A stretch of DNA of 64,000 nt from an uncultured Gammaproteobacteria bacterium (GTDB taxonomy: Bacteria; Patescibacteriota; Patescibacteriia; UBA9934). Below the pieces are notes generated by a model, which ran no database searches, was not told the DNA's origin, and was given only the letters and a program-made list of their open reading frames with translations. Positions 40,301-49,669 of the stretch are shown here, piece by piece. The stretch covers positions 2,338-66,337 of the forward strand of contig CAYHFQ010000002.1 of NCBI GenBank assembly GCA_964355955.1, read 5' to 3'. The translations under genes and the position numbers were made by a program. Numbering within the stretch: position 1 is the stretch's first letter; every line of letters begins with the position of its first letter.

Positions 40301-41044
40301 AAAAGCTCTTAAGCGTGGTAAGTCTTTCTTGTGCAATTCATGAGGTAAATCCTTGAATTCAAAATGTTCAACTAAATTCGCCATCCCCCTACCCAACAAA
40401 TGCTGCATTTTTAAAAAATCAGTCTGACCGTCAATTTCAACGCTAGGTACACGCTGATTAGAATATTCCCTAGCCTGTCTGTACAGCAGCCCTTGAGCAC
40501 ATGTAGCTACATCGTTATACTCGACAATTTCTTCATGTTTTGGGTCTTTGATAACAATGTTATCAATAAACTTCCCCCAGGCTTCGCGTTCATCTAAATA
40601 TTGACGCAAGTCTTGCTCGTCTTTTAGTTCAACCGGTAGTCCATCTAATTTAAAGTGTTCTTCAAAAACGTAAGATAGTTCATTATTATCAAGCTTTGGA
40701 TAATAAGCATGAAGTTTTTTAATCAACTCAGGAATTCTCTCCCTCGTCACTGGTGTCGCCATCTCGCCGGCAAATTCTTTAACAAATTTAGCCTCTGCCT
40801 CGGCCCGCTCGTCAGTTACTTTGCTCGCTACTAATTCCAACTTTTTAAACGGTACATTCCTCTCCGCGAACTCTTCCGCTGTAGTTGCGTGCGGAGGAAC
40901 TGGATGTTCAATCTGGTTCCCTTCAGCCAAAGTCGTCAAACCGAGCAGAACGCCTTGCATCAGGCGACTCTTCCAGGTAAACCTAACTGGCTCTTTTCTC
41001 ACCTCAGGTGAATATCCACCTCTCTCACCATGGCCAAAACTCAT
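37322..41044 (-). CDS. Giant protein (1240 aa) with C-terminal phosphodiester glycosidase (NAGPA/DUF2233)-like domain; paralogue A
   Basis: SGHLLVDDG...RRAIA...MTLYE.A...LVNLDTG resembles the NAGPA GP.LV/PRTA/NLDGG pattern; colinear with the next gene. Confidence 0.7.
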   Translation of the reverse strand: MSFGHGERGGYSPEVRKEPVRFTWKSRLMQGVLLGLTTLAEGNQIEHPVPPHATTAEEFAERNVPFKKLELVASKVTDERAEAEAKFVKEFAGEMATPVTRERIPELIKKLHAYYPKLDNNELSYVFEEHFKLDGLPVELKDEQDLRQYLDEREAWGKFIDNIVIKDPKHEEIVEYNDVATCAQGLLYRQAREYSNQRVPSVEIDGQTDFLKMQHLLGRGMANLVEHFEFKDLPHELHKKDLPRLRAFLFKAVQESDRDDYGARYSSFLVDEYIDSLTFDPHEFPTVINQKYTKDIVAAAKQLNDIGYWEFGLTKAQNYDFQGDHYDDRKFSFEIGTHLLNSASFEGFPGLDFKNPQQFIEIGNQLESLIKDVGSKDYYATLIPRYIENADPSSFPKFDALGLPEYENFLKAIKNSEDFQPKVGLEAILLKQAREQFYGGVVTDDNFFQLIKKIKDLEQSSGYDSARMAYLVNDPSLVKGDIAIAVDKQHRSEGQISLAEINSSPVATVLLASLVNRYDDGINVKIVGYPTNWTIDNLKEADNINLIIETASLESNLHRLKITGYEDVHLEGNWQQPKSLEDLRNIDELLRQFKSDRTRSEILKHLDFSGFPVFSARYDAETKPLYGYFQYRSFMSKLAERADYSNVQFTLSPETMDEVVAQANYITQEFGTNAGELYFSKLNFKGFPTEMNASTEADVAAVLKLMTNINGFRLAQAYANTLHSTEVYGFADVITDENLESEHAKLLFINFGIGQQEGRGQFNSTVKVSVPKAANFTEFTQGLAKISLIRDINKDAANTLEAEFMKQVDWHGVAQGIDVNDISKVEDIRKKINAAIDAAAGDKILIDVGTRAIDGEPVTWDNINQKTTFAKNYLKADGRGIPSDVLGMYTMLGSFQVQKILEFFNTEGLETDTGDRRAADIIAQLQDAGANIPITEGSLSKTTRSLKDGNFGYVLNKGFDRLLSAGVMRDEWASITPEVRRSSKKLKAGFRMVTWRTDGKELATVVIGDPSKGATVDYTVKVGGGLTEQVMRDNYPDGALVAESVGAYTTGAMKPAELAIDNGSVVNYLISNRDGAVIVDAEGHMIIVNRDKLTKHDLDSNETAEPLAFRKNLEDFSTLLSLAKKNKIDMMSGHLLVDDGELAVAGNSSNVRDKRRAIATFKDGTFGIIDFSQPMTLYEEAVIAKSMNVKGLVNLDTGYYDHAVVYDAAGMRSVLGQVQDRDGTNNNFGFLSGVTPAGVK

Positions 41045-41073
41045 ATGCGTTTATTATAACACGAATATTTTAT

Positions 41074-44000
41074 CTATTCCTGTGCGGTCTGATAGACCAT
41101 CGGCATACCTGTCAAAAAAGCAAACTTGTTATTCGTTCCATCCTGATCCTGTTGACCTAAGGCAAATAACATACCAGAAGCATCGTACACATTTGCATGA
41201 TCGTAATAACCAGTATCGAGGTTGACGAGACCTTTTACGTTCATCGACTTAGCAATAACCGCTTCCTCATACAGGGTCATTGGCTGCGAGAAATCTATCA
41301 AGCCAAAAGTGCCGTCCTTAAACGTCGCAATCGCCCGCCGCTTATCTCTGACGTTACTCGAGTTACTGGCTATAGCGAGTTCACCATTATCCACCAATAA
41401 ATGACCAGACATGACATCAATCTCGTTCTTGCGAGCTAACGTAAGTAGAGTCGAAAAATCCTCTAGCTTGTCGCGAAAAGCTAAATGATCAGCAGCCTCT
41501 TTACTATCCAGGTCATGCCTAGTTAGTTTATCGCGGTTAACGATATTCAAGGCCCCGTTGACATCAACAATCGCTAACCCATCGCGATCGGAAATTAAAT
41601 AGTTAACCACATAACCGTGGTTAATAGTTAACTCAGCTGGCTTCATCGCACCAGTCGTGTAAGCGCCCACGCTTTCGGCTACCAAGGCGCCTTCTGGGTA
41701 TTTGTCATGCATAACCTGTTCGGTTAACCCACCACCAACCTTCACGGTATAATCTACCGTCGCTCCTTTAGCTGGATCGCCTATCACCGCCTTCGCCAAC
41801 TCCTCACCATTATTTTTCCAATTAACAAAAGTATACCCAGCCTTAAGTCGCTCGGTTCGAGTTTCAAAAATAGGCGTAATACCCTGCCATTCTGGCCGCA
41901 TAACGTCGGCTGCTGCCAACTTGTTTTCAATTTTGCTCCAAATATAAGCTGGGTCACCCATGCTCCGCCAAGCCTTTTGCCAACTGCCCTCAGTCACAGG
42001 GATATTAGCTCCTGCCGCTTGCAAACGCTCAATAGTTTCCGCTACTCGGGCGTCACCTGTATCTGCGGCCAAGCCTTCAGCGTCAAAGAACTCTAAAATC
42101 TTCCGCACTTCAAAAGATCCCAACATCTTATAGACGCCTACTACATCTGGGTCTATACCGTATTGTTCAGCCTGTAAATAATGCTCAGCAAAAGTAATTT
42201 TTTTCTCCATTGTCAGCCAACTGACAGGTACGTTAGCGATATCTCTAATACCGACCTCCACAACCAGTCCGTCCCCTGCTGCAGCATCGATTGCCAAGTT
42301 AATATTCTGGCGTACCGACTCCACGGCCTCGATATTATCGATATCAACACCCTTGGCAACTCCTACCCAGTCTACTTGAGATAAAAATTTTTGCTTCAGC
42401 TCTTCCGCTACCTTATTATCCAAATCTTGCACTAACCCAATTTTCGCCAGGCCAGCAGTAAACTCGGCAAACGTTGTGGCTAGTGGAATAGAAACTTCAA
42501 ATTTTGGCTTTATTCCAGAATATCGAGTCTCTGGCGTAGAACCTATGCCGTAATACACTAATAATCTCTTAGTATTTTCATGCTCTAAATTCTCATCAGT
42601 AATAATTGGGGCGAAAGTATAAAGATGATCAGAATGTAGAGTTTTAGCATAACTACTGGCCAAATCTTCCTGAAAACTATTAATAAATAGTTTTAGAGTA
42701 GCGGCCACATCAGCTTCGGTTTTTTCATTAACTTCTTGTGGAAAGGCAGCAAAAGTTAGTTTGTTCAAATAGCCCCTAGCCTCACCAGTTCCAACAACAT
42801 CTACTAAATAGTCAAACTGCCGTTTTATTTCTGGTAGATTATCGGGAGTTACCGCAAAAATACAGTCAGAGAAGTCGGCTCGTTCCACTAAGCCCGGGCC
42901 GAACCAGCGACTGACCAGAGAGCCACGTTTTAATATGTTGGCCTTGTAACTTGCCGAAAAGACTGGAAATTTTGAATAATCAAGATGTCTAACAATTATT
43001 CGTCCAGTTCTTTCGTGCTCTTTTAAAATTGCCGCCAGATTCTCTAGATCATGCCAAGTTCTGGGCTGACTCAGTTCACCCTCAAACTTCACGTCACGAT
43101 AATTACTGGACCCGATGTCAATTTGGCTACCTAATAAATCAACAGCCTCGATTGCTTTCTCGATTTCCGTAATGTTTTCTAAAGTCCAAACCATCGGGAA
43201 GCCATTTAAGGAGATTTTATCCGGAATTCTGTAATTAAAAAATTGGTGAAAAAAGGCTTTACCTGTTGGGCTCTTTTCTACTTCTTGTAGTGCTAGTTCA
43301 CCAGGCAGCTTATGTTCAGCAGCAAGCGATAAGGTTAAGTCACCTCGCCAATGAGCAACTGGAGCCATCAAGGAAACGAGAAGTTCCGGTTCAACATCTG
43401 ACTCGGCATCAAGTCTAGCTAACTCAGCCAAGACAGTCTCTAAATTTTCAGGCGTTATATCCCCCAATTGCGCTTGGCGTCGAATAATCCTTATTAATTC
43501 GTTTCTTGTATTATCTCGATCCCAGGCAAAATCAATATTATTATCAAATTCAATAAAGAAAGTTTGATACGTTTCCAAGCCTGCAGTATTAAGTTCAGGG
43601 AAATTTCTTGTTTCAGCTAAATCTACAAAATGTGACGCCAGACTTGACCGATAAATCGTTGAACCAGCAGACTTACCGAGATCAGTCAAAATTCTAACAG
43701 TGTCCGCAAATTGCTCAGGGTGGTGAAAATCTAATGGATTAAAACCCTCAAATGTTGAACTCCTAAGTAGTTGATGGCCTAATCCAAAACTGACAGGAGC
43801 ATCTTTATTCACCCAATCACCATCTTGAATATCTAATGATTTGCTAATCCCATTCTTATAAAAGCTTATTTGGTTCAACTGTTTAGCGGCCGCTAAACTA
43901 TCTGCTGAATCATCCTTGTGGATGACTGTCGGAAATTCAGCTGAATCGAAGGTTAATGTGGCAATATATCTATCTAACAAAGCAGTCGTACAAGCATCGT

Positions 44001-44691
44001 CAACATGGTTCAATGCGCCACCACGACGAACCGCCTCCAATAAAAACGAACGTAAGCGTGGTAAATCACGCTTGTGAATTATATGCGGTAAACCTGCAAA
44101 TTCTATTTCTTCCACGCGTCGTAACTGATCGTCAACGGTTTCTACCTGCAACTGATAAAAATCTTCTTTGTCTCTAACTACTAGCTTAGGAATAGGACTC
44201 TTTTGGTAAGTATGTTCATGTTCATACAAGACGCTGAGCAACCATGAATCCTCCGACTTTTCAAAAATTTTCTTCCACGACTCGTGAGTTGCGAGATATT
44301 GACGAAAATCTTGCTCATTTTTTATTTTCTCGGGAAAACCGGCTAATTTGAATTGTAGTATGAAATCAGTGGGTATAGTGTCGTGAGGAGTGGCGAAAGA
44401 TTGAAGCTTTTTATCCAAAGCTGGCAACTGGTCAGCCGTAATCGGAGATTGTAATTCAACGGCAAAAACACGCTTGAATTCTTCACCTCGTTCAGCTAAA
44501 TCTTGAGCCGCTGGATTCGCGCCCACTTCACTTATTTTCACTAATGGCTCAGAACGCGCTGCAAATTCAGCTGTGGAAGTTTCACTATAGCCATCTGGTA
44601 CGTCCAACCGCTCTCCGGCAGCCATCGTCGCCAGACCAAGCAAAGCGCCCCGCATCAACCGGCTACCTCCCTCCCCTTGGCCAAACTTCAT
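41074..44691 (-). CDS. Giant protein (1205 aa) with C-terminal NAGPA/DUF2233-like domain; paralogue B
   Basis: Shares SRLMxGxLLGL N-terminus and near-identical C-terminus (KGATVDYTVKVGGGLTEQVM; RDKRRAIATFKDGTFG) with paralogue A. Confidence 0.7.
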   Translation of the reverse strand: MKFGQGEGGSRLMRGALLGLATMAAGERLDVPDGYSETSTAEFAARSEPLVKISEVGANPAAQDLAERGEEFKRVFAVELQSPITADQLPALDKKLQSFATPHDTIPTDFILQFKLAGFPEKIKNEQDFRQYLATHESWKKIFEKSEDSWLLSVLYEHEHTYQKSPIPKLVVRDKEDFYQLQVETVDDQLRRVEEIEFAGLPHIIHKRDLPRLRSFLLEAVRRGGALNHVDDACTTALLDRYIATLTFDSAEFPTVIHKDDSADSLAAAKQLNQISFYKNGISKSLDIQDGDWVNKDAPVSFGLGHQLLRSSTFEGFNPLDFHHPEQFADTVRILTDLGKSAGSTIYRSSLASHFVDLAETRNFPELNTAGLETYQTFFIEFDNNIDFAWDRDNTRNELIRIIRRQAQLGDITPENLETVLAELARLDAESDVEPELLVSLMAPVAHWRGDLTLSLAAEHKLPGELALQEVEKSPTGKAFFHQFFNYRIPDKISLNGFPMVWTLENITEIEKAIEAVDLLGSQIDIGSSNYRDVKFEGELSQPRTWHDLENLAAILKEHERTGRIIVRHLDYSKFPVFSASYKANILKRGSLVSRWFGPGLVERADFSDCIFAVTPDNLPEIKRQFDYLVDVVGTGEARGYLNKLTFAAFPQEVNEKTEADVAATLKLFINSFQEDLASSYAKTLHSDHLYTFAPIITDENLEHENTKRLLVYYGIGSTPETRYSGIKPKFEVSIPLATTFAEFTAGLAKIGLVQDLDNKVAEELKQKFLSQVDWVGVAKGVDIDNIEAVESVRQNINLAIDAAAGDGLVVEVGIRDIANVPVSWLTMEKKITFAEHYLQAEQYGIDPDVVGVYKMLGSFEVRKILEFFDAEGLAADTGDARVAETIERLQAAGANIPVTEGSWQKAWRSMGDPAYIWSKIENKLAAADVMRPEWQGITPIFETRTERLKAGYTFVNWKNNGEELAKAVIGDPAKGATVDYTVKVGGGLTEQVMHDKYPEGALVAESVGAYTTGAMKPAELTINHGYVVNYLISDRDGLAIVDVNGALNIVNRDKLTRHDLDSKEAADHLAFRDKLEDFSTLLTLARKNEIDVMSGHLLVDNGELAIASNSSNVRDKRRAIATFKDGTFGLIDFSQPMTLYEEAVIAKSMNVKGLVNLDTGYYDHANVYDASGMLFALGQQDQDGTNNKFAFLTGMPMVYQTAQE

Positions 44692-44700
44692 ATAGCCCCA

Positions 44701-46185
44701 TTATACCATGCTCTTCAACACCCGATAAATCTCCACCATCGCCCAGGTATCGAGGGCACAGTAGTCGAGCAAGTCGCGTTTAATCTTCTCCTTGTCACTG
44801 GCTGACGTCGACGGAGATATAAGCTTCTCCCAGCGCTCACTCGCTTGGTCACCCTTACTGATATTCATCACCGAATAATTCAACGATGGTACTAAGACTG
44901 GCAAAACCTTTTTAATACTGGCACTCCCCTTAAAAGCCGGGTCGACGTAATAGCCATCAGAAAAAATCGTCATCAAGTCGAACATCTTGTCATTGATTTC
45001 TTTCAAGAACGCTGCATGCTCAGGGTGCAGTTCGGCGAGTTTGTCATTCCGTTGCTTCTCATAACTGCTATACCAACTAATCACCGTCCCATTCGGATCG
45101 AGGTCCTTCTTCATCCGTTCAATCAGCGGCAACGTCAAATCTCCCTCCGGCTCAGTTATAAGAAACTCGCGATGTTCTATCTCCCCATCTGCTCCCATAA
45201 TGTGCAAACTGTACTGGAAAGGAATCTGCTCATACGCCCCAAAGCCGTCAAACATCGGAATAGCGCTACTGTATCCCTCGTAATCAAAGAACTGGAGTGG
45301 AAACTGCAAGCCGTCTAACGCTTCTTTAATCGCGCCATGATCGATTATCGCCTTGCCGAGCACATAAGACTCATACTGCAACTTCTGCGCCACGTTCAAG
45401 TCCTCGGGATTATGAATGTCGGTCAGCGCTAACTCCCCGCGGTCCACCCAATCAATCAACTTCTTCTTGCTCATGCCAATCCGGTTAAAGTTATGCACGG
45501 AATATGCCGGCACCTCTGGATTAGAATAACCAAAGGTGGAGCACTGATTACTCCGTCCCTCGTACACGCAAGCGCAACCTTTGCTCTCCGGCATTTCCAA
45601 ACACTCTTTCATCTGCATCATCTCCCCCTTTACCTGTTCTTCCGCCGCTATCACCTCCCCCGTCAAATCAGCTTCGATGAATAACTCACAATTCACCACC
45701 TTGCCGTTTTTACGATATTCACGATTCAAATGAATAACGCCGGTCTTAACTACTTTCACCCCACACGCTTCAATGACAATCTTCTGAAAGGCCAAGTCGT
45801 TGACGTGGTGATGCGGCACTTTACGCTTCACCTCATTCGTCGCCTTCACCTCCCACAATTCCCAAGAATCGAGCTCGGTATTGAACTTCAAAATATCCGC
45901 CCGCAAATAAAACACATCGCTCTGAAACGTCGCCTGAAAAATCGTCTGCTTCTCCTCAATGGCCTTCTTGGTATCTATCACCGCCTGGCCATGATGACTC
46001 TCAATCAGCACTCCCTCAGGATACAGCAGCCGACACGCCGCCTCCGCCAAGTTACCATCCTCAATAATCTTCTTCTCAAAGTCGCTAAACTCCACGTCCG
46101 CAAACAACTCTGGCTTATGCTTCCGCAGCCACAGGTTCTTCTTACAAAAAGTGTATTCGAGGTAATCGGTTTTGGTGATGAGCAT
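44701..46185 (-). CDS. DUF2779 family protein (PD-(D/E)XK/Cas4-like N-terminus, RNase H-like C-terminus)
   Basis: ITKTDY...C.K.LWL, RADIL...EVKAT, FFDYE, QIPFQYSLH, SIKKVLPVL, YCALDT. Confidence 0.85.
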   Translation of the reverse strand: MLITKTDYLEYTFCKKNLWLRKHKPELFADVEFSDFEKKIIEDGNLAEAACRLLYPEGVLIESHHGQAVIDTKKAIEEKQTIFQATFQSDVFYLRADILKFNTELDSWELWEVKATNEVKRKVPHHHVNDLAFQKIVIEACGVKVVKTGVIHLNREYRKNGKVVNCELFIEADLTGEVIAAEEQVKGEMMQMKECLEMPESKGCACVYEGRSNQCSTFGYSNPEVPAYSVHNFNRIGMSKKKLIDWVDRGELALTDIHNPEDLNVAQKLQYESYVLGKAIIDHGAIKEALDGLQFPLQFFDYEGYSSAIPMFDGFGAYEQIPFQYSLHIMGADGEIEHREFLITEPEGDLTLPLIERMKKDLDPNGTVISWYSSYEKQRNDKLAELHPEHAAFLKEINDKMFDLMTIFSDGYYVDPAFKGSASIKKVLPVLVPSLNYSVMNISKGDQASERWEKLISPSTSASDKEKIKRDLLDYCALDTWAMVEIYRVLKSMV

Positions 46186-46192
46186 AATGAAA

Positions 46193-47191
46193 TTAATCGA
46201 TCAACTTTTTAATCTGCTTTTCAAAGTCCGACTCAATTGGCTGTGTTTTATTGAACATCTCATATTCAGATAATGCCTTTTTCTCAGCCGTAGCCATACT
46301 TACCACACCTTTATTCTTCAACACCTTAAACTTGTTAAAAGCTAAGAAATTACCAATACTCTCGGCAAACTCCTTCATGGTTAAAGTCTGTTCCTGTTCA
46401 ATCAAGTTTTCGACATAGTCAAAGTAGTTAGTTATCGTTCGCTCTAACCTCTTGATATCCTTCTCGGCTAAATAATTCTTAGCCACCACGACATCCGACG
46501 GCAACACCCGACCATCTGGACTATTCTTCCAACTCGTTAACCCCATATGCTTCTTGTTCCTATCGACCTTACTATGGATAATCTCCGCCGCCGTCTGACC
46601 AGTAATCGCAAAATGGAATAGGTTTTGTACGGTCGCAAAAAATGCTCGAGTCGTAGGTGACTTGGGATCATAGTCAACACTACACTCCGAAAATATATCC
46701 GTGATCTGCAAATACACCCTACGTTCACTCGCCCGAATCGACCGAACTCTCTCCAGCAACTCTCTAAAATAATCCTTACCAAATACTTCCTTACCCTGTT
46801 TCAACCTCTCATCATCCATGGCGAAACCTTTAACCACATACTCCTGCAGCACCCTTGTCGCCCATATCCTAAACTGTGTCGCCTGCACAGAATTCACCCG
46901 GTATCCAACGGAAATAATGGCGTCGAGGTTATAGAACTGAGTTTCATATTCCTTGCCATCAGCGGCAGTTATTCGAATTTTTCGAATAACTGCTTTTTCG
47001 CTTAACTCAGCAGTTTTAAACACCTCTTTAAGGTGATAATTGATAGTATTTGCCTCCACGCCAAATAACTCCGCCATCATCTTCTGCGTCAACCACAAAG
47101 TTTCCCCCTCTACCCGCACCTCAAACCTAACCGCTCCACTTGGGGTGGTGTAGAGGATAAAAGGGGTCAAGTTTGATTTTTCTTTAGCCAT
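46193..47191 (-). CDS. RhuM family protein
   Basis: LWLTQKMMAELF, ITAADGK.Y...YNLDAIISVGYRVNS..ATQFRIWAT, FRELLERVRSIRASERR. Confidence 0.93.
   Translation of the reverse strand: MAKEKSNLTPFILYTTPSGAVRFEVRVEGETLWLTQKMMAELFGVEANTINYHLKEVFKTAELSEKAVIRKIRITAADGKEYETQFYNLDAIISVGYRVNSVQATQFRIWATRVLQEYVVKGFAMDDERLKQGKEVFGKDYFRELLERVRSIRASERRVYLQITDIFSECSVDYDPKSPTTRAFFATVQNLFHFAITGQTAAEIIHSKVDRNKKHMGLTSWKNSPDGRVLPSDVVVAKNYLAEKDIKRLERTITNYFDYVENLIEQEQTLTMKEFAESIGNFLAFNKFKVLKNKGVVSMATAEKKALSEYEMFNKTQPIESDFEKQIKKLID
46965..46993. repeat. In-frame palindrome in rhuM (13-bp arms, 3-nt loop)
   Basis: GCAGTTATTCGAA-TTT-TTCGAATAACTGC; encodes AVIRKIRITA on the minus strand. Confidence 0.9.
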
Positions 47192-47311
47192 ATCTCAATC
47201 CTCAATATTAACCAGAAAATTAGCCCTTATTTACCGCTCAGTTAAATATATTGTACTAAAAATGGACCCCTAATTCAAGCTAAATAAAGCAAGAAGTAAA
47301 CCACGCACTCG

Positions 47312-47800
47312 CTATAACTCCACATACTCCTCAACCGCCGTATCCTCCTGACTATACGCCATATCATCATCCTCGCTCTCACTCTCCCCACTACCCTGCC
47401 ACCCAGCGGCCAGCTGAGCTGGTCCCGCTACGCCCCTACCCAGCCCCTGAACACACTGTTCCTTAACTGCCCGCTCTGCCCACACTCTAAACCTATTCGC
47501 TAACCCCGGATTACTCCTATACCCAACGGCCAGTATCGCCTCCAAACTATAACTCTTAACCTCATAGTTCTTCCCATCCCTCGCAGTTATCCGGTTTTTC
47601 CGGACAACTGTATTCTCGCTAATCTCACCACCTTTAAACGCATTCTGTAAATGCTCGCTGACTGTTTTGATACTAATGCCGAACACCTCTCCTATTTCCT
47701 TTTGGGTGAGCCAGACGGTGCAATCCTCAACTCGTACATTAAAACGAATTGAACTGTTAGGTATTGCGTAGACAGCAGACTTAGGCTCAGAGGCAATCAC
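47312..47800 (-). CDS. Truncated RhuM-like protein (N-terminal domain plus acidic tail); possibly a pseudogene
   Basis: VWLTQKEIGEVFG...RITARDGKNY...YSLEAILAVGYR...FRVWA, then unrelated low-complexity tail. Confidence 0.75.
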   Translation of the reverse strand: MIASEPKSAVYAIPNSSIRFNVRVEDCTVWLTQKEIGEVFGISIKTVSEHLQNAFKGGEISENTVVRKNRITARDGKNYEVKSYSLEAILAVGYRSNPGLANRFRVWAERAVKEQCVQGLGRGVAGPAQLAAGWQGSGESESEDDDMAYSQEDTAVEEYVEL

Positions 47801-47803
47801 ACT

Positions 47804-49654
47804 CTACAAAGCTAATCGACTCTTAAAAAACTCTCTTACATTCTCATCCACAAAATAAACATAACACCCCTTCATCCCACGAGTCATTAAGATCTTGTAT
47901 ATATTACGAACGTATTTATTAAGTTGATCTGGATTATTCTTCAGCGACTTCTTGCCGCTAGCATCTTTGTAAGAAGTCCAATTAGTTTTATATTCAAGTG
48001 TCTCTGAATCAAACTTCAAGTCACCGCCAACTATCACGCCCACATAATCAAACTCTAAGCCCTGTGACGTATGAATGCAGCCAACCTGGTCGAGGCCTCG
48101 AGGATCTATCGCCCAGGTAGTACCAACCTTACGAGAGTTCCAAGGCATTCTAAAATCGTGGCTCATTATCTCGACGTCAGCAACACCTCCATCAGCGTTG
48201 CCATCACGAATGGGCGTCCACTTCCAAGCATAACCAGCCACTATACGAGCGCTGTTACCTTCTGCCGATTTATCTTTAATAGCATCCCTAAGAGCATGCG
48301 GATCATCAAAGATTTGAAAATCAAAAGCCATCTTGTCCCAGCCATTAAAATTAGCTGTGGACTTGAGGTGTAAAACATCATTCAACCAATTGATATAACC
48401 TTCAGCTCCAGAACATCTGAATTGAGCAACTAAATCAACCGTATGAACTTTGGCACTAAATAGTTCTGCAACTCTGATTATTTCCTTTACTGTACCAATA
48501 TCTTCCGGTCTAATCGCCTGATCATCATCAACAAAGAATATACTTGTCTTAGCTGCCTTCACGATATCTTCTACTTGGTTTTGTCCGTAATATTGGTACG
48601 CTGTTTTATTCTTAAGACGATGAGCTTCGTCGACAATAACCACATCAAACGTGTCAGGCAATGCATCGACAAAACCAGCCGAACCCTTAAACAAATTCTT
48701 TAGACGGTTCTTCTTGTGCTCCTTGGCCAGTTTGTGAACGATTGTATCGCGAAATGAGGCGTTAGGAGCTACAAAGATGGTATTGAGCTCGTTCTTAAGC
48801 AATCCGCCAAGCAGATTGACTGAGATTACAGACTTGCCAGTGCCTGGGCCACCCTTAATAATTACTACTGATTTCTCCTTATTAGTTAGTGCTACCGAAC
48901 GAGCAGTCTCATAAGCCACCTTTTGCTCATCCAATAAAATAAACTCCTGGTTACCGCTAAACATACCAGCGACATGGTCAATCAACTTCTTGCTTGGCTT
49001 AATCTTACCGTATTCTATTTCGTAGAGAATCTCCTCGCCGTTACCTTTTCCAACATACTTCTTAAGAAACTGCTCGAGCTTAACCTGATCATTTTTGAAA
49101 TAAATAGGCGTCTCTTGAACTAACTCCTCATAAATACCGGTCGACAACGGCTCAGGCGAACGCTTTTCAAAATTATGTAGATAAGCGCAAGAAAATGGCG
49201 TCAGGTCCTTGGAATCAATATTCTCATTATAATCCTGTAAAAAATGCTTATAAGATTGGGCCTGATAGGATGGATGCGGCGTATCCCTAACTCCACCACC
49301 AAGATAGGTGCTCACAACTCCATCCTTCTCAGTTGCCTCAGCTGACTCCCACTGTTTGAGCTCGACTAAAATAAAGTTCTTGTTACCCTCTTCGTCATGT
49401 CCAGAAACGAAAAAGTCGATTCGGTTCGAGGTAGCAGGAATTACATACTCAATCAGAACTCCACAGCTCAGGTCCAGCTCGGCTTTTCGCACAACCCTCT
49501 CCATATACTGGAGCGAGTTCTCCCATGCTCGGCGTTCACTCGGAGCAACACGTCTCCCTAACATCCGCTGAAATTGCCCCTCAATAATCGGTGCAATCAT
49601 GTTCGAGTCGACGTCCTCTCTAAATCCGCCAATGGTGCTCTTATATAGAAACAT
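47804..49654 (-). CDS. DUF2075 family protein: nuclease-like N-terminus plus SF1-like (Schlafen group 3-type) helicase
   Basis: IEY...RID...VELKQW; GGPGTGKS; VDEAHRL; QFRC; GCIHTSQGLEFDY; YKILMTRG. Confidence 0.9.
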   Translation of the reverse strand: MFLYKSTIGGFREDVDSNMIAPIIEGQFQRMLGRRVAPSERRAWENSLQYMERVVRKAELDLSCGVLIEYVIPATSNRIDFFVSGHDEEGNKNFILVELKQWESAEATEKDGVVSTYLGGGVRDTPHPSYQAQSYKHFLQDYNENIDSKDLTPFSCAYLHNFEKRSPEPLSTGIYEELVQETPIYFKNDQVKLEQFLKKYVGKGNGEEILYEIEYGKIKPSKKLIDHVAGMFSGNQEFILLDEQKVAYETARSVALTNKEKSVVIIKGGPGTGKSVISVNLLGGLLKNELNTIFVAPNASFRDTIVHKLAKEHKKNRLKNLFKGSAGFVDALPDTFDVVIVDEAHRLKNKTAYQYYGQNQVEDIVKAAKTSIFFVDDDQAIRPEDIGTVKEIIRVAELFSAKVHTVDLVAQFRCSGAEGYINWLNDVLHLKSTANFNGWDKMAFDFQIFDDPHALRDAIKDKSAEGNSARIVAGYAWKWTPIRDGNADGGVADVEIMSHDFRMPWNSRKVGTTWAIDPRGLDQVGCIHTSQGLEFDYVGVIVGGDLKFDSETLEYKTNWTSYKDASGKKSLKNNPDQLNKYVRNIYKILMTRGMKGCYVYFVDENVREFFKSRLAL

Positions 49655-49669
49655 ACACGATAAATTCTT

